This document shows, piece after piece, positions 37,853 to 47,247 of a DNA stretch of 64,000 nt (positions within the stretch are counted from its first letter, which is position 1; the number at the start of each line of letters is the position of its first letter). Origin of the DNA: Candidatus Scatavimonas merdigallinarum (GTDB taxonomy: Bacteria; Bacillota; Clostridia; Oscillospirales; Acutalibacteraceae); the NCBI GenBank assembly GCA_018713055.1, contig DVFW01000042.1:5802-69801 (forward strand). Reading direction: 5' to 3'. A program made the translations under genes and the position numbers. The notes under the pieces were generated by a model. The model was not told the origin of the DNA, did not search any database, and was given only the letters and a program-made list of their open reading frames with translations.

Positions 37853-39232
37853 ATGGCAAAAGTACCTTATAGATTTTATCTTTCTGAGGATCAGATTCCA
37901 AAGCAGTGGTATAATATGCGTGCGGATATGAAGGAACAGCCGGATCCGATTATCAATCCTGCTACAATGCAGCCTGCAACGGAAGAGGACTTATATCCGG
38001 TATTTTGCAAAAAGCTTGCACACCAGGAGATGGACGCGCAAACGCGCTATGTAGATATTCCTGAGGAAATACGGGAAATGTACAAAATATACCGTCCGGC
38101 CCCTCTGATCCGTGCTTATAATTTGGAGAAAGAACTGAAAACGCCGGCAAAGATTTATTATAAGTTTGAGGGGAACAATACTTCGGGCAGCCATAAGCTG
38201 AATTCTGCTATTGCGCAGGCATATTATGCCAAGGAGCAAGGGCTTACCTCGCTTACGACGGAAACAGGAGCCGGGCAGTGGGGGACGGCCTTGAGCGAGG
38301 CATGCGCGTATTTTAAACTGCCTTTGACGGTATATATGGTTAAGGTGTCTTATGAGCAAAAGCCGTTTCGCAAGGCGGTTATGCAGACATTTGACGCCAA
38401 TGTGATCCCCAGCCCCAGTGATACAACAAAAGTGGGACGGGCGATTCTTCAGAAAAATCCGGGGACTGGTGGAAGCCTTGGATGCGCTATTTCTGAGGCG
38501 GTAGAAAAGGCAGTAACGACAGAGGGCTGCCGGTATGTACTGGGTTCTGTGCTCAACCAGGTTTTACTGCACCAGTCCGTGATTGGGCTGGAAGCAAAAA
38601 AAGCGATGGAAATTCTGGATGAATACCCGGATGTGGTTATTGGCTGCGCAGGCGGCGGGTCCAACCTGGGAGGGCTGATTGCACCGTTTATGCAGGATAA
38701 GCTTACCGGTATGGCTGACCCGCGTATTGTTGCGGTGGAGCCTGCATCCTGCCCCTCGTTTACCAGAGGGAAGTATGCGTATGACTTCTGCGACACGGGA
38801 AAGATTACGCCGCTTGCCAAAATGTATACGTTGGGCAGCAGCTTTATGCCGAGTGCAAATCACGCAGGCGGGTTGCGTTACCATGGTATGTCGCCGATTT
38901 TGTCAAAGCTGTATCACGATGGATACATGGAAGCGGTAGCAGTGGAACAAACTAAAGTATTTGAAGCCGCCACGCTTTTTGCAAAGGTAGAAACAATTTT
39001 ACCGGCACCTGAATCTGCACATGCGATTCGTGTGGCAATGGACGAAGCGATCCGCTGCAGAGAAACGGGGGAGAAAAAGACGATCCTGTTCGGATTGACA
39101 GGGACGGGTTATTTTGACATGACCGCATATGCTGCGTTCCATGACGGAAAAATGAGCGACTATATTCCCACAGATGAGGATTTACAGAAGGGCTTTGATC
39201 AGCTCCCAAAGATTCCGGGGGTACAGGAATAA
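37853..39232 (+). CDS. trpB: TrpB-like PLP-dependent enzyme (tryptophan synthase beta, TrpB2 type), stand-alone
   Basis: ATG at 37853 after AGAGAGGAG. N-terminus MAKVPYRFYLSEDQIPKQWYN. PLP lysine context GSHKLNSA. GGGSN motif present. No trpA is adjacent. Confidence 0.85.
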   Translation: MAKVPYRFYLSEDQIPKQWYNMRADMKEQPDPIINPATMQPATEEDLYPVFCKKLAHQEMDAQTRYVDIPEEIREMYKIYRPAPLIRAYNLEKELKTPAKIYYKFEGNNTSGSHKLNSAIAQAYYAKEQGLTSLTTETGAGQWGTALSEACAYFKLPLTVYMVKVSYEQKPFRKAVMQTFDANVIPSPSDTTKVGRAILQKNPGTGGSLGCAISEAVEKAVTTEGCRYVLGSVLNQVLLHQSVIGLEAKKAMEILDEYPDVVIGCAGGGSNLGGLIAPFMQDKLTGMADPRIVAVEPASCPSFTRGKYAYDFCDTGKITPLAKMYTLGSSFMPSANHAGGLRYHGMSPILSKLYHDGYMEAVAVEQTKVFEAATLFAKVETILPAPESAHAIRVAMDEAIRCRETGEKKTILFGLTGTGYFDMTAYAAFHDGKMSDYIPTDEDLQKGFDQLPKIPGVQE

Positions 39233-39250
39233 TGAAATAAAAAATAGCAA

Positions 39251-39290
39251 AGACGGTATGCACAATACATCTGTGCATACCGTCTTTTTT
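39251..39290 (+). terminator. Rho-independent terminator of trpB2
   Basis: AGACGGTATGCACA-(loop)-TGTGCATACCGTCT forms a 14-bp perfect stem followed by TTTTTT. Confidence 0.85.
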
Positions 39291-39511
39291 ATCGTTTAAG
39301 GCTGCTCTCTTTGCTCACCAGTTTTGGTTTTAAAATTTTGTTTTGTACTTTCTGGCAACGTCTGTTAATGATGCCAAGCAGAATTTGGACAGCATTGGCT
39401 CCGGTTGCTTTGTATAAGCAAAACTTTTTGCCATAGGTTAACACCTTTTTGTTTTCATGGATTTGCATGCATTGTTTCTTGAAAAATAATGTTTTTGCCT
39501 AAATAGCAATC

Positions 39512-39548
39512 AAAAGTTGACCGATCCAGGTCAACTTTTTCTTTTTTT
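39512..39548 (+). terminator. Second terminator-like hairpin immediately upstream of the phage-like cluster
   Basis: AAAAGTTGACC-GATCCA-GGTCAACTTTT forms an 11-bp perfect stem followed by TCTTTTTTT. It lies 73 nt before the terS start. Confidence 0.6.
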
Positions 39549-39620
39549 AACCGTTTTATGTAAGAGGGGCGGCATACGTCAGCGCCTCCTTTTACGGGAA
39601 TAGCGAAAGGGGGATAAGGC

Positions 39621-40127
39621 GTGGAAAAAAATACGGTACAAAGGTTGACAAAACAGCAGCGTCTTTTTTGCCGGTGCTATGTCAATACCGGCAATGCCAG
39701 AGAAGCCGCCGTACAGGCCGGCTTTATCTCTGACGCACAGAAAAACGGAGAAGCACTTTTATGCAAAAGCGCAATTACAAAAGAGATTGCACGGTTGCTT
39801 AAGCAACGCAGAGAAATGCTTTCCTTGAAAGCGCTCAGCGGTTACGAACGACTGGCTTTTGGCAGCATTGCGGATGGTATTCGTCTGCTATATATAGAAG
39901 ATCCGCTGCAGACTGACCTGGAAAGTATGGACCTTTTTAATATTGCAGAAATAAAAAGGCCAAAAGACGGGGCTATGGAAATTAAATTTTTTGATCGGCT
40001 CAAGGCCCTTGAAAAGCTTATGCAGGCAAGAACAGAAGAAGATACGCCCTGTGTTCCGTTTTATGCGGCTTTACAACAGGGAGCGCAGGCGCTTGAAAGG
40101 TATGGCAATGAGAGGCTGGAGGAATAG
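39621..40127 (+). CDS. Phage terminase small subunit
   Basis: 168 aa, GTG start after AAGGGGGA. The segment LTKQQRLFCRCYVNTGNAREAAVQAGF is the HTH typical of Terminase_2/P27-type TerS. Confidence 0.75.
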   Translation: MEKNTVQRLTKQQRLFCRCYVNTGNAREAAVQAGFISDAQKNGEALLCKSAITKEIARLLKQRREMLSLKALSGYERLAFGSIADGIRLLYIEDPLQTDLESMDLFNIAEIKRPKDGAMEIKFFDRLKALEKLMQARTEEDTPCVPFYAALQQGAQALERYGNERLEE

Positions 40128-40130
40128 CCA

Positions 40131-41402
40131 TTGGAGTTTAAAGCTTTTTCTGAAAAACAGCTTCGTGTTTTGACATGGTGGTGTGAAAAAAGCAGGTATG
40201 CAAAAAAGGATGCAATTATTTGTGACGGCGCGGTAAGAAGCGGAAAAACCGTTTGCATGGGTATTTCTTTTATCGCATGGGCTTTTTACCGGTTTGACGG
40301 GGCAAATTTTGCAATGTGTGGGAAAACAATACGTTCTTTAAAAAGAAATGTGGTCACGGCAATTTTGCCCGTTTTAAAGCAGTTGGGTTTTGCCTGCACG
40401 GAAAAGCTGTCTCAAAACCTTTTAGAGGTCAGCATAGGCGGCCGTACAAACTGCTTTTATCTGTTTGGCGGGAGGGATGAATCTTCGGCTTCACTGATAC
40501 AGGGGATGACGCTTTCGGGCGTGCTGTTTGACGAAGTGGCGCTGATGCCCAAATCGTTTGTAGAGCAGGCGCTGGCAAGATGTTCTGTAGAAGGGTCCAA
40601 GTTTTGGTTCAATTGCAATCCACAATATCCGCAGCACTGGTTCAGACAGGAGTGGATTTTAGATAAAGCAGGAAAAAATGCGCTTTATATTCATTTTAAG
40701 ATGGAAGATAACCCCTCTCTTTCTCCTAAGATGCTTGCGCGCTACAAAAATCTGTATACAGGAACCTTTTACCAACGGTTTATTGAGGGAAAATGGGTGT
40801 CGGCACAAGGGCTGGTATACCCGTTTATGACCGCTGATAATATGTGTTGGGATACACCAAAAACAGACGCGGACGAGTTCGTGATTTCCTGCGACTATGG
40901 AACCGTAAACCCGGCTTCGTTCGGGTTGTGGGGTCATTACATAGATGGATGGTACAGAGTGGACGAGTATTATTATGACTCCAGAAAAGAGGGCGTGCAA
41001 AAGACAGATGAAGAACATTACCAGGGCTTATGCAGGCTTGCGCAGGAAAAGACTGTCCGCTGTGTAATTGTCGATCCATCTGCGGCAAGCTTTATGGAGG
41101 TTATACGCAGACATGGACGCTTCAAGGTATTGCCTGCAAGTAATTGTGTGCTGGACGGGATTCGCAGCGTTGCGAGCGCGCTGAAGCAGGGGGAAATTAA
41201 AATTTGCAAAAGCTGTACAGACGCTCTGCGGGAGTTTGGGCTTTACCGTTGGAAAGAGAACGGGCTGCACGATGCGCCTGTTAAAGAAAACGACCATGCC
41301 ATGGACGATATACGCTATTTTGTTTCAACCTATTTAAACCGGAGCGACGATGGTATATTTGCCATTGCCGCGCGACGCACAGGAGGTAAAGCGTGGGATT
41401 AA
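40131..41402 (+). CDS. Phage terminase large subunit (PBSX-like)
   Basis: 423 aa with Walker A DGAVRSGKT, Walker B LFDEV and a C-terminal RNaseH-like nuclease region (VIVDPSAASF...DHAMDDIRY). Confidence 0.85.
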   Translation: MEFKAFSEKQLRVLTWWCEKSRYAKKDAIICDGAVRSGKTVCMGISFIAWAFYRFDGANFAMCGKTIRSLKRNVVTAILPVLKQLGFACTEKLSQNLLEVSIGGRTNCFYLFGGRDESSASLIQGMTLSGVLFDEVALMPKSFVEQALARCSVEGSKFWFNCNPQYPQHWFRQEWILDKAGKNALYIHFKMEDNPSLSPKMLARYKNLYTGTFYQRFIEGKWVSAQGLVYPFMTADNMCWDTPKTDADEFVISCDYGTVNPASFGLWGHYIDGWYRVDEYYYDSRKEGVQKTDEEHYQGLCRLAQEKTVRCVIVDPSAASFMEVIRRHGRFKVLPASNCVLDGIRSVASALKQGEIKICKSCTDALREFGLYRWKENGLHDAPVKENDHAMDDIRYFVSTYLNRSDDGIFAIAARRTGGKAWD

Positions 41403-42601
41403 TAGATAGAAGAAAAAAGAAAAAACAAACTTTTTCCGCTGTGCAGACGGCCTGCACGGAGCGCCGCAGCGTGCATCCGTTTACAGAGTTCAACGGATAT
41501 ATACCGTTAAAGACGGCGCAGCACGGGTTATATGCCGCTATGCGGGAGGCAATCCCTATTGTTGACGCCGCAATTTTAAAAACGGTGCGGCTTGTGGGAG
41601 ACTTTACAGTGGAATGCCAGAGCTTGCAGGCGCAACGGCAGCTGGCTGATTTTTTAAAAAATGTGCAGGTAGGCGGATGTTCCCGCGGGATTGTGCCGTT
41701 TTTATCTTCTTATCTGGAGCAGATGCTGACCTATGGTACGGCGGCAGGGGAAATCGTATTATCGGCAGATGGGAGGTCGATTGGCGCGCTGTACAATGCA
41801 GATCTGGACAATATTGCGTTGCGGGCAGAGCAGAATCCACTGGAGGCAACGGTTTACTGCCGGGATGAAACAGGGCGCTGCATCCCGGCTCCATACCAGG
41901 CATTGCTTTGTGTGACGCCGTTAAACCCCAGGCCGGGAGCGCTTACAGGAACATCTGTACTTAGCGGACTGCCGTTTGTAAGCGGAATTCTTTTAAAAAT
42001 TCTGCATACGATCGGCCTCAATTGGGAACGTGTGGGGAATGTGCGCTTTGCGGTAACATATAAGCCCTCCGGGGATGTATCGGAACGCGCTTTTACAAAG
42101 GAGCGCGCGCAGCAGATTGCCGACCAGTGGGGGAAAGCCATGCGCAATACAGGGCAGATCAGTGATTTTATTTCGGTCGGAGATGTAAATATCCGGGTTA
42201 TTGGCGCAGACAACCAGGTGCTGGACAGCGAAGTACCAGTCAGGCAAATATTGGAACAAATTGTTGCAAAGCTTTCTATTCCTCCGTTTTTGCTTGGGCT
42301 TTCCTGGTCAAGCACAGAGCGGATGTCCAGCCAGCAGGCAGATATCCTGACCAGCGAGCTGGAATATTACAGAAATCTTTTAAACCCTGTTATTTGTAAA
42401 ATATGCAGCTTGTGGCTGCGGTTGCACGGCTTTGAAGAAACGTTTGAGGTGTGCTGGAACAATATCAATTTGCAAGATGAAGTAGAGCTTGCAAACGCAA
42501 GGCTTTTACGTGCGCAGGCAGAAAAAACAGAGCAAGAAACACAAGAGGGGATGAAAAATGAAACAGGGACAAATTATCAAGAGCGCGGCGCAGGCGCTTA
42601 A
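41393..42601 (+). CDS. Phage portal protein
   Basis: 402 aa immediately after terL, overlapping it by 10 nt. It has a portal-like core (IPPFLLGLSWSST...). The call rests on size and position. Confidence 0.7.
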   Translation: MGLIDRRKKKKQTFSAVQTACTERRSVHPFTEFNGYIPLKTAQHGLYAAMREAIPIVDAAILKTVRLVGDFTVECQSLQAQRQLADFLKNVQVGGCSRGIVPFLSSYLEQMLTYGTAAGEIVLSADGRSIGALYNADLDNIALRAEQNPLEATVYCRDETGRCIPAPYQALLCVTPLNPRPGALTGTSVLSGLPFVSGILLKILHTIGLNWERVGNVRFAVTYKPSGDVSERAFTKERAQQIADQWGKAMRNTGQISDFISVGDVNIRVIGADNQVLDSEVPVRQILEQIVAKLSIPPFLLGLSWSSTERMSSQQADILTSELEYYRNLLNPVICKICSLWLRLHGFEETFEVCWNNINLQDEVELANARLLRAQAEKTEQETQEGMKNETGTNYQERGAGA

Positions 42602-43532
42602 ACCGGAAGAGCTGGCGCAAATTCATACCTATACCCGCAGGGAAATGGCACAGGAAGAAATTTACACCTTTTCGGTTGTTTTATGCGACAACGATATTGA
42701 CCGCGATTTTGAATGCTTTGACGAGGAAGCGCTTTATACGCTTAAGAGACTTTTTGTGGGAAAAACAGGCATTTTTGACCACGACTTAAAAGCGGAAAAC
42801 CAAACGGCACGTATTTATGACTGCTATGTGGAACGGCTGCAGGACAAAAAAACACAGACAGGCAAGCCTTATATGCGTCTTGTGGGCAAGGCGTACCTGC
42901 CGCGTTGCGCAAAAAATGAGGATCTGATTCTGGCGTTGGACAGCGGTATCCAAAAAGAGGTCAGCGTAGGTTGCGCGATAAGCAGGCGTACATGCTCTGT
43001 TTGTGGGGAAGATATGGGCGCCTGTGCGCATCAAAAAGGCAAAAAGTACCGCGGACGGCTATGCTACGCTACATTAAGCGGCATAACGGACGCTTACGAG
43101 TGGAGTTTTGTCGCAGTGCCGGCACAAAGGCAGGCCGGTGTATTGAAAGCTTTAAAAAAAGAGGATATGGAGGGGAATACCTTGCAGAACATTATAAAAA
43201 GCCTTTGTGCGCAGCAGCCGGTTATGCTGTCTGCGCAGGACGCACAGGCATTATATGCACACATTCGCGGGCTGGAATGCGACGCAGGCTACGGAAGCGC
43301 TTACAGGCAGGAGCTAAAGGATGAGGTTGTCCGGCTGAGCATGCTGGTGCAGCCGGAAATTGCAAAGGAAACAATGCAAAGTTTAACCGAAAAAATGGAT
43401 ATAGAAGAGCTCAAGGCGTTTAAAAAAGGATATATGGAAAAAAGCGCAAAGGTTTTGCCGTTGCGGCCGCAGCTTTTTGGGCCCAGAGAAAGCGGGAAGA
43501 AGACGGAAGAAAATACCGATTATAAAATTTAA
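42558..43532 (+). CDS. Prohead protease-like N-terminal domain fused to a scaffold-like helical C-terminus
   Basis: 324 aa. The segment IYTFSVVLCDNDIDRDFECFDEEALYTLKRLFVGKTGIFDHD resembles the HK97-type prohead protease N-terminus. The C-terminal half is charged and helical. It lies between the portal and capsid genes. Confidence 0.5.
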   Translation: MKQGQIIKSAAQALKPEELAQIHTYTRREMAQEEIYTFSVVLCDNDIDRDFECFDEEALYTLKRLFVGKTGIFDHDLKAENQTARIYDCYVERLQDKKTQTGKPYMRLVGKAYLPRCAKNEDLILALDSGIQKEVSVGCAISRRTCSVCGEDMGACAHQKGKKYRGRLCYATLSGITDAYEWSFVAVPAQRQAGVLKALKKEDMEGNTLQNIIKSLCAQQPVMLSAQDAQALYAHIRGLECDAGYGSAYRQELKDEVVRLSMLVQPEIAKETMQSLTEKMDIEELKAFKKGYMEKSAKVLPLRPQLFGPRESGKKTEENTDYKI

Positions 43533-43646
43533 CGGATAAAACAGATCCGGCGGCAGGAAACGCGGCCCGTAAGGTGAAAAAGATTGCCTGAACCAGGCCG
43601 GGTTTGATTTTTCTATGTAAAAAAACAACGGAAAGGAAGCTAAAAA

Positions 43647-43982
43647 ATGAATGTGAGTTTTAACGGATATGATGAAAAAGTATTAACTTTTGTATGCACA
43701 GACAAGCTGGAAAAGGGTACGCCGGTAAAGCTTTCGGGCAACGGTACGGTTACGGCTTGTGCAGACGACGACGTATTTATTGGCATTGTGCTTTCTGTGC
43801 GGGACGGGTTTGCCGCTGTGCAAACAGGAGGCTATGTACAGCTGGTACCTTCCGGCAGTATTGCGATTGGGTATCAGAAAATTTCGGCTGCAACAGATGG
43901 CAAGGTCAAGGCGGACACAGACAATGGGCGTGAATATCTGGTGCTGCATACAGAGCAGGACAATGTAGGCGTCATTCTTTGA
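43647..43982 (+). CDS. Small head decoration / capsid cement-like protein (DUF2190-like)
   Basis: 111 aa, Gly/Val-rich and beta-type, directly upstream of the major capsid gene. Confidence 0.45.
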   Translation: MNVSFNGYDEKVLTFVCTDKLEKGTPVKLSGNGTVTACADDDVFIGIVLSVRDGFAAVQTGGYVQLVPSGSIAIGYQKISAATDGKVKADTDNGREYLVLHTEQDNVGVIL

Positions 43983-44010
43983 CAATAGGGATATAAGGAG
44001 GCAATAGATT

Positions 44011-45018
44011 ATGGCATTATATGAAACAATAGCGCTGGAAAAGGGTATGTACGGGGCAAGAGGAAAAAGCATGACGCAGGTATTGGAGGAGATGGATCCT
44101 TCAGAAAACTACCGCGACACACCTCTTGAAGGCTTGGACGCTTTTCAGCGACAGCTTAAACGGTTTGATATTAAGGTAAGCGGTGCGCATTCGGACAGTG
44201 TGGAAAAGTTTTTTCAGAGCAGTTCATCCGCGGCCCTTTTTCCGGAATATATAGGCCGCGCCGTTAAACAAGGGATGGAGGCGGCGGACATCCTTCCCAA
44301 TATCATTGCCGCGGTAACTAAAATTGAGGGAATGGATTACCGCAGCATTGTGTCTACACCCACACAGGACGACAAGGAATTAAAGCCGGTGGCAGAGGGC
44401 GCAATGATTCCGCAGACTGTAGTAAAAACACAGGAAAACCTGGTGAAGCTTCATAAAAGAGGCAGAATGCTGGTATCTTCCTATGAAGCGCTGCGTTTTC
44501 AGAGGCTGGATCTGTTTACCGTAACGCTGCGGCAGATCGGTGCGTATATTGCAAGGGCGCAGTTGAAAGACGCGGTAAATGTACTGCTAAACGGCGACGG
44601 AAACAGCAACCCGGCCGGTGCAGTTGCGGCTGACGGCGAAACGCTTGCATACAGCGACCTGCTAAAGCTTTGGGGCGCGCTTTCCCCCTATGAGCTTAAT
44701 ACTATTTTGGCTCCAACGGCGGTCGTCCAGAAGATTTTGGCCATGACGCAAATGCAGGACGCACAGGCGGGGCTGACATTTCAGGGGACAGGTAAAATGG
44801 TAACGCCTATGGGCGCCACACTGTTGCACGTACCTTCTATTGAAGGAAATACGATTATTGGGCTTGATAAAAACTGCGCGCTGGAAATGGTGCAGGCAGG
44901 GGAGGTCATCACCGATTATGACAAGCTGATTGACCGGCAGCTGGAACGCGCTACAATCAGTTGTATTGCCGGGTTTGCCAAAATTTTTACTGACTCTGCC
45001 AAAAAGCTTACATTTTAA
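44011..45018 (+). CDS. Major capsid protein
   Basis: 335 aa with a strong AAGGAGG RBS. Called from position after protease/decoration and from size. No motif check is possible by eye. Confidence 0.7.
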   Translation: MALYETIALEKGMYGARGKSMTQVLEEMDPSENYRDTPLEGLDAFQRQLKRFDIKVSGAHSDSVEKFFQSSSSAALFPEYIGRAVKQGMEAADILPNIIAAVTKIEGMDYRSIVSTPTQDDKELKPVAEGAMIPQTVVKTQENLVKLHKRGRMLVSSYEALRFQRLDLFTVTLRQIGAYIARAQLKDAVNVLLNGDGNSNPAGAVAADGETLAYSDLLKLWGALSPYELNTILAPTAVVQKILAMTQMQDAQAGLTFQGTGKMVTPMGATLLHVPSIEGNTIIGLDKNCALEMVQAGEVITDYDKLIDRQLERATISCIAGFAKIFTDSAKKLTF

Positions 45019-45035
45019 CACATGGGGGCGGCGGT

Positions 45036-45398
45036 ATGAACTTTAAAGAGGTATATGAACGTTTTTTATTGATTGCGGATATGGATCAGGAAGAGGGTTC
45101 TAAGTGGGCCGTACTGTGCAACGAAGCAATAGAGGATATACAGAATATGTGCAAAAGCGGTACGGATATACAGTTAAACGGCAGGCGGCTTTCAGCCGCT
45201 GCCGCTGCCCTGGCGTTTTATAAAATGGCGCTTATGCAAAACGCTGCAGAGGACGTTTCTTCTTTTAAAGCGGGCGACATAAGCATTCAAATGGGAAGTC
45301 GCTGTACAAAAGCGCAGCAGGCCTGGCTGTGTGCAAAAGCGCATATCAGCGACCTGATACGCGACGAAGATTTCCTTTTTGAACAGGTGACAATATGA
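45036..45398 (+). CDS. Head-tail connector (gp6-like) protein
   Basis: 120 aa, helical, first gene after the capsid gene. Confidence 0.45.
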   Translation: MNFKEVYERFLLIADMDQEEGSKWAVLCNEAIEDIQNMCKSGTDIQLNGRRLSAAAAALAFYKMALMQNAAEDVSSFKAGDISIQMGSRCTKAQQAWLCAKAHISDLIRDEDFLFEQVTI

Positions 45399-45787
45399 AC
45401 ACGTATACGATGAAAACCATACAAAGGTTGATTAAAACTTTTGGAAATACAATTGAGGTACTGCTGGACGGACAGCTGCAGGAAACGGGAAGAGCGTTTA
45501 TACAGCCTTTGCGCTATAAGAACAAGATTTATCTAGATGGCTATTATTTGCCGCCGGGCTATTGCGACGGGGGACATTTTCTTTATATAGGTCCACCTGA
45601 TATTCATTTTGTACGCCCGTATGAAAATCTTGTGATCCGATGTGAAGAGCTAAGTGAAAGCTATACGGTTAAGCGTGCGGAAACATATAAATTTGCAGGC
45701 AGACCCGTTTATGTATGGGCTGTGCTTACGCCCTGCACTGCCGATTTGGAAGAAAGCGCGCAGAGTCGACAGGAGGGAGCGGTATGA
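45395..45787 (+). CDS. Head closure / head-tail adaptor-like protein
   Basis: 130 aa, beta-rich, coupled by ATGA overlaps on both sides. Confidence 0.4.
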   Translation: MNTYTMKTIQRLIKTFGNTIEVLLDGQLQETGRAFIQPLRYKNKIYLDGYYLPPGYCDGGHFLYIGPPDIHFVRPYENLVIRCEELSESYTVKRAETYKFAGRPVYVWAVLTPCTADLEESAQSRQEGAV

Positions 45788-46554
45788 AAACGGCGCAGGA
45801 AACCGTGCAATCTGTTTTAGAATGGCTAAAAACCGGGGATGAACTGCAGGAGGTTTCTTTTGTTCCGTCTTACCAAAGCAAAAGCTTTGCAGTTCCGGTA
45901 AAAAAGCCAGTGGCTGCGGTAGGGAAGCACAGTATTTTTGCCTGTGCAGAGGCCAAAAGCAGCGAAATACAGGCGGTACAGGAAAAAGGGCTTAGGATCG
46001 CTGTGGATGTATTTGTCCCTGTTCTGGATGGCGGCGAGGCCTGCGCGCAACTGCTGGATAAAATAAGCGCCAGGCTTCTGGAGCATGTACAGGAAGGCCG
46101 GTATGAGATCAAAACGGGCGCAGTACAATATCAGAGCAGCACAGGTGCATTTACAGCACAGCTTCTGCTTACCATCATGCAGATACAGGCGGCCCAGCAG
46201 GAAGCAGACAAGAGAAATGTGGTTATGCATGTAAACGGCGCCCGGTTTTATGCGCAAAATGTAACGGTAACAGAAACAGAAGACCTGTACCCGATAGAGT
46301 GTTATGGGGAAAGGGTGCCGTATGCTTCAATCAACCGCGGACGGCGCTATGAAGTTATGATTCAAAAACCTGTAACAAAGGACAATCTCTCGGAAGCGTT
46401 TACACAGATAAATGCAACGGTATCTGTACGCAATGCAGGCGGCGGCATTTATCTGTATGGGTGTAATGTAAAGCGTATAGAAAGCCATGTGGAAAACGGG
46501 CTTTATTATATGGATACGATTGTACTGACGGCACAAAGAAAAGAAACCGTATAG
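45784..46554 (+). CDS. Neck/tail-terminator-like N-terminal half fused to a beta-rich, possibly tube-like C-terminal half
   Basis: The ATG at 45784 overlaps the previous stop. The 256-aa product sits where tail completion, sheath and tube genes sit in Mu/PBSX-type modules. Assignment is by position only. Confidence 0.3.
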   Translation: MKTAQETVQSVLEWLKTGDELQEVSFVPSYQSKSFAVPVKKPVAAVGKHSIFACAEAKSSEIQAVQEKGLRIAVDVFVPVLDGGEACAQLLDKISARLLEHVQEGRYEIKTGAVQYQSSTGAFTAQLLLTIMQIQAAQQEADKRNVVMHVNGARFYAQNVTVTETEDLYPIECYGERVPYASINRGRRYEVMIQKPVTKDNLSEAFTQINATVSVRNAGGGIYLYGCNVKRIESHVENGLYYMDTIVLTAQRKETV

Positions 46555-46567
46555 AAAGGGGCGTAAA

Positions 46568-46726
46568 ATGGAAACGCAGACAAAATATACAGCTGTACAA
46601 CAGGAACTGTCCCAACGGTATATGGAGCAAGCGGAAAACGCAAGGTTGTTGTCGGATGTTTTCGAACGCGACAGCCGCCGTTACTCAAATACGCTCAAAG
46701 AAGAAGAGGAGGTGCAGGCTCTGTGA
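46568..46726 (+). CDS. 52-aa helical micro-protein in the tape-measure position
   Basis: Hand translation gives METQTKYTAVQQELSQRYMEQAENARLLSDVFERDSRRYSNTLKEEEEVQAL*. Its stop overlaps the GTG start of the LysM gene. It falls below the ORF-track cutoff. Confidence 0.45.
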   Translation: METQTKYTAVQQELSQRYMEQAENARLLSDVFERDSRRYSNTLKEEEEVQAL

Positions 46727-47247
46727 ACCACCCACCTATACGGTACAGAGGCGTAGAACTGCACCATAATCCTAAAAGCATACAAATTGAAGAGAACAAA
46801 AGCTATAGCGAACATTTTTTTGTCAACGCCCTCGGGGCGGTGCAGGAATCCGGAAGAAAGGCGCGGGTTGTGTCAGGAGAAGGGGAATTCTTTGGAAAGG
46901 ATTGCCTTACGCAATATAATGCGGTATTGGAGTTGTTTACAAGCAGAGAAGGCGGGCTTTTGTCTGTAAGCGGCTATACGCCCTTTTATGCGCGTTTTGT
47001 TTTATTTACGCTGACACAGCCGCCTCTGGAAAATTTTTTAAGTTACCGTTTTGTTTTTATAGAGGACATGTCGCTGATGCCGCAGGGAATAAAAGTCAGA
47101 CAGCAGACCCATACGGTAACGGAAAACCAAACGCTTTGGGATATTGCTTACCTGTATGGTATACCGGTAGAGTCGCTTTTGATAAATAATCCCGGGATAA
47201 GCAGGCCAGATGCACTGACAAGCGGACAAGAGGTGAAACTTTTATGA
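46723..47247 (+). CDS. LysM-domain tail protein (XkdP / Mu gp43 / P2 gpX-like)
   Basis: 174 aa with a C-terminal LysM domain: HTVTENQTLWDIAYLYGIPVESLLINNPGISRPDALTSGQEVKL. Confidence 0.7.
   Translation: MNHPPIRYRGVELHHNPKSIQIEENKSYSEHFFVNALGAVQESGRKARVVSGEGEFFGKDCLTQYNAVLELFTSREGGLLSVSGYTPFYARFVLFTLTQPPLENFLSYRFVFIEDMSLMPQGIKVRQQTHTVTENQTLWDIAYLYGIPVESLLINNPGISRPDALTSGQEVKLL

Noticed and set aside
39330-39434. 34-codon minus-strand ORF (MAKSFAYTKQPEPMLSKFCLASLTDVARKYKTKF) upstream of terS
   Set aside because: It has a weak AAAGGTG RBS, is very short, resembles no recognisable family and lacks supporting context. I kept it only as a possibility for the control region.
39573-39579. CATACGT, resembling the -10 element of sporulation sigma-E/K promoters, 42 nt upstream of terS
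   Set aside because: No matching -35 element lies at the right spacing, and a single 7-mer is not evidence. It is mentioned only as something to test with transcription start mapping.
39233-39620. Search for an attachment site, tRNA target or integrase at the left border of the phage-like cluster, and at 51005-51069 on the right
   Set aside because: I found no tRNA-like sequence, no integrase or recombinase ORF, and no direct repeat shared by the two borders that I could recognise by eye. A short (under 15 bp) att core cannot be excluded without a computed repeat search.
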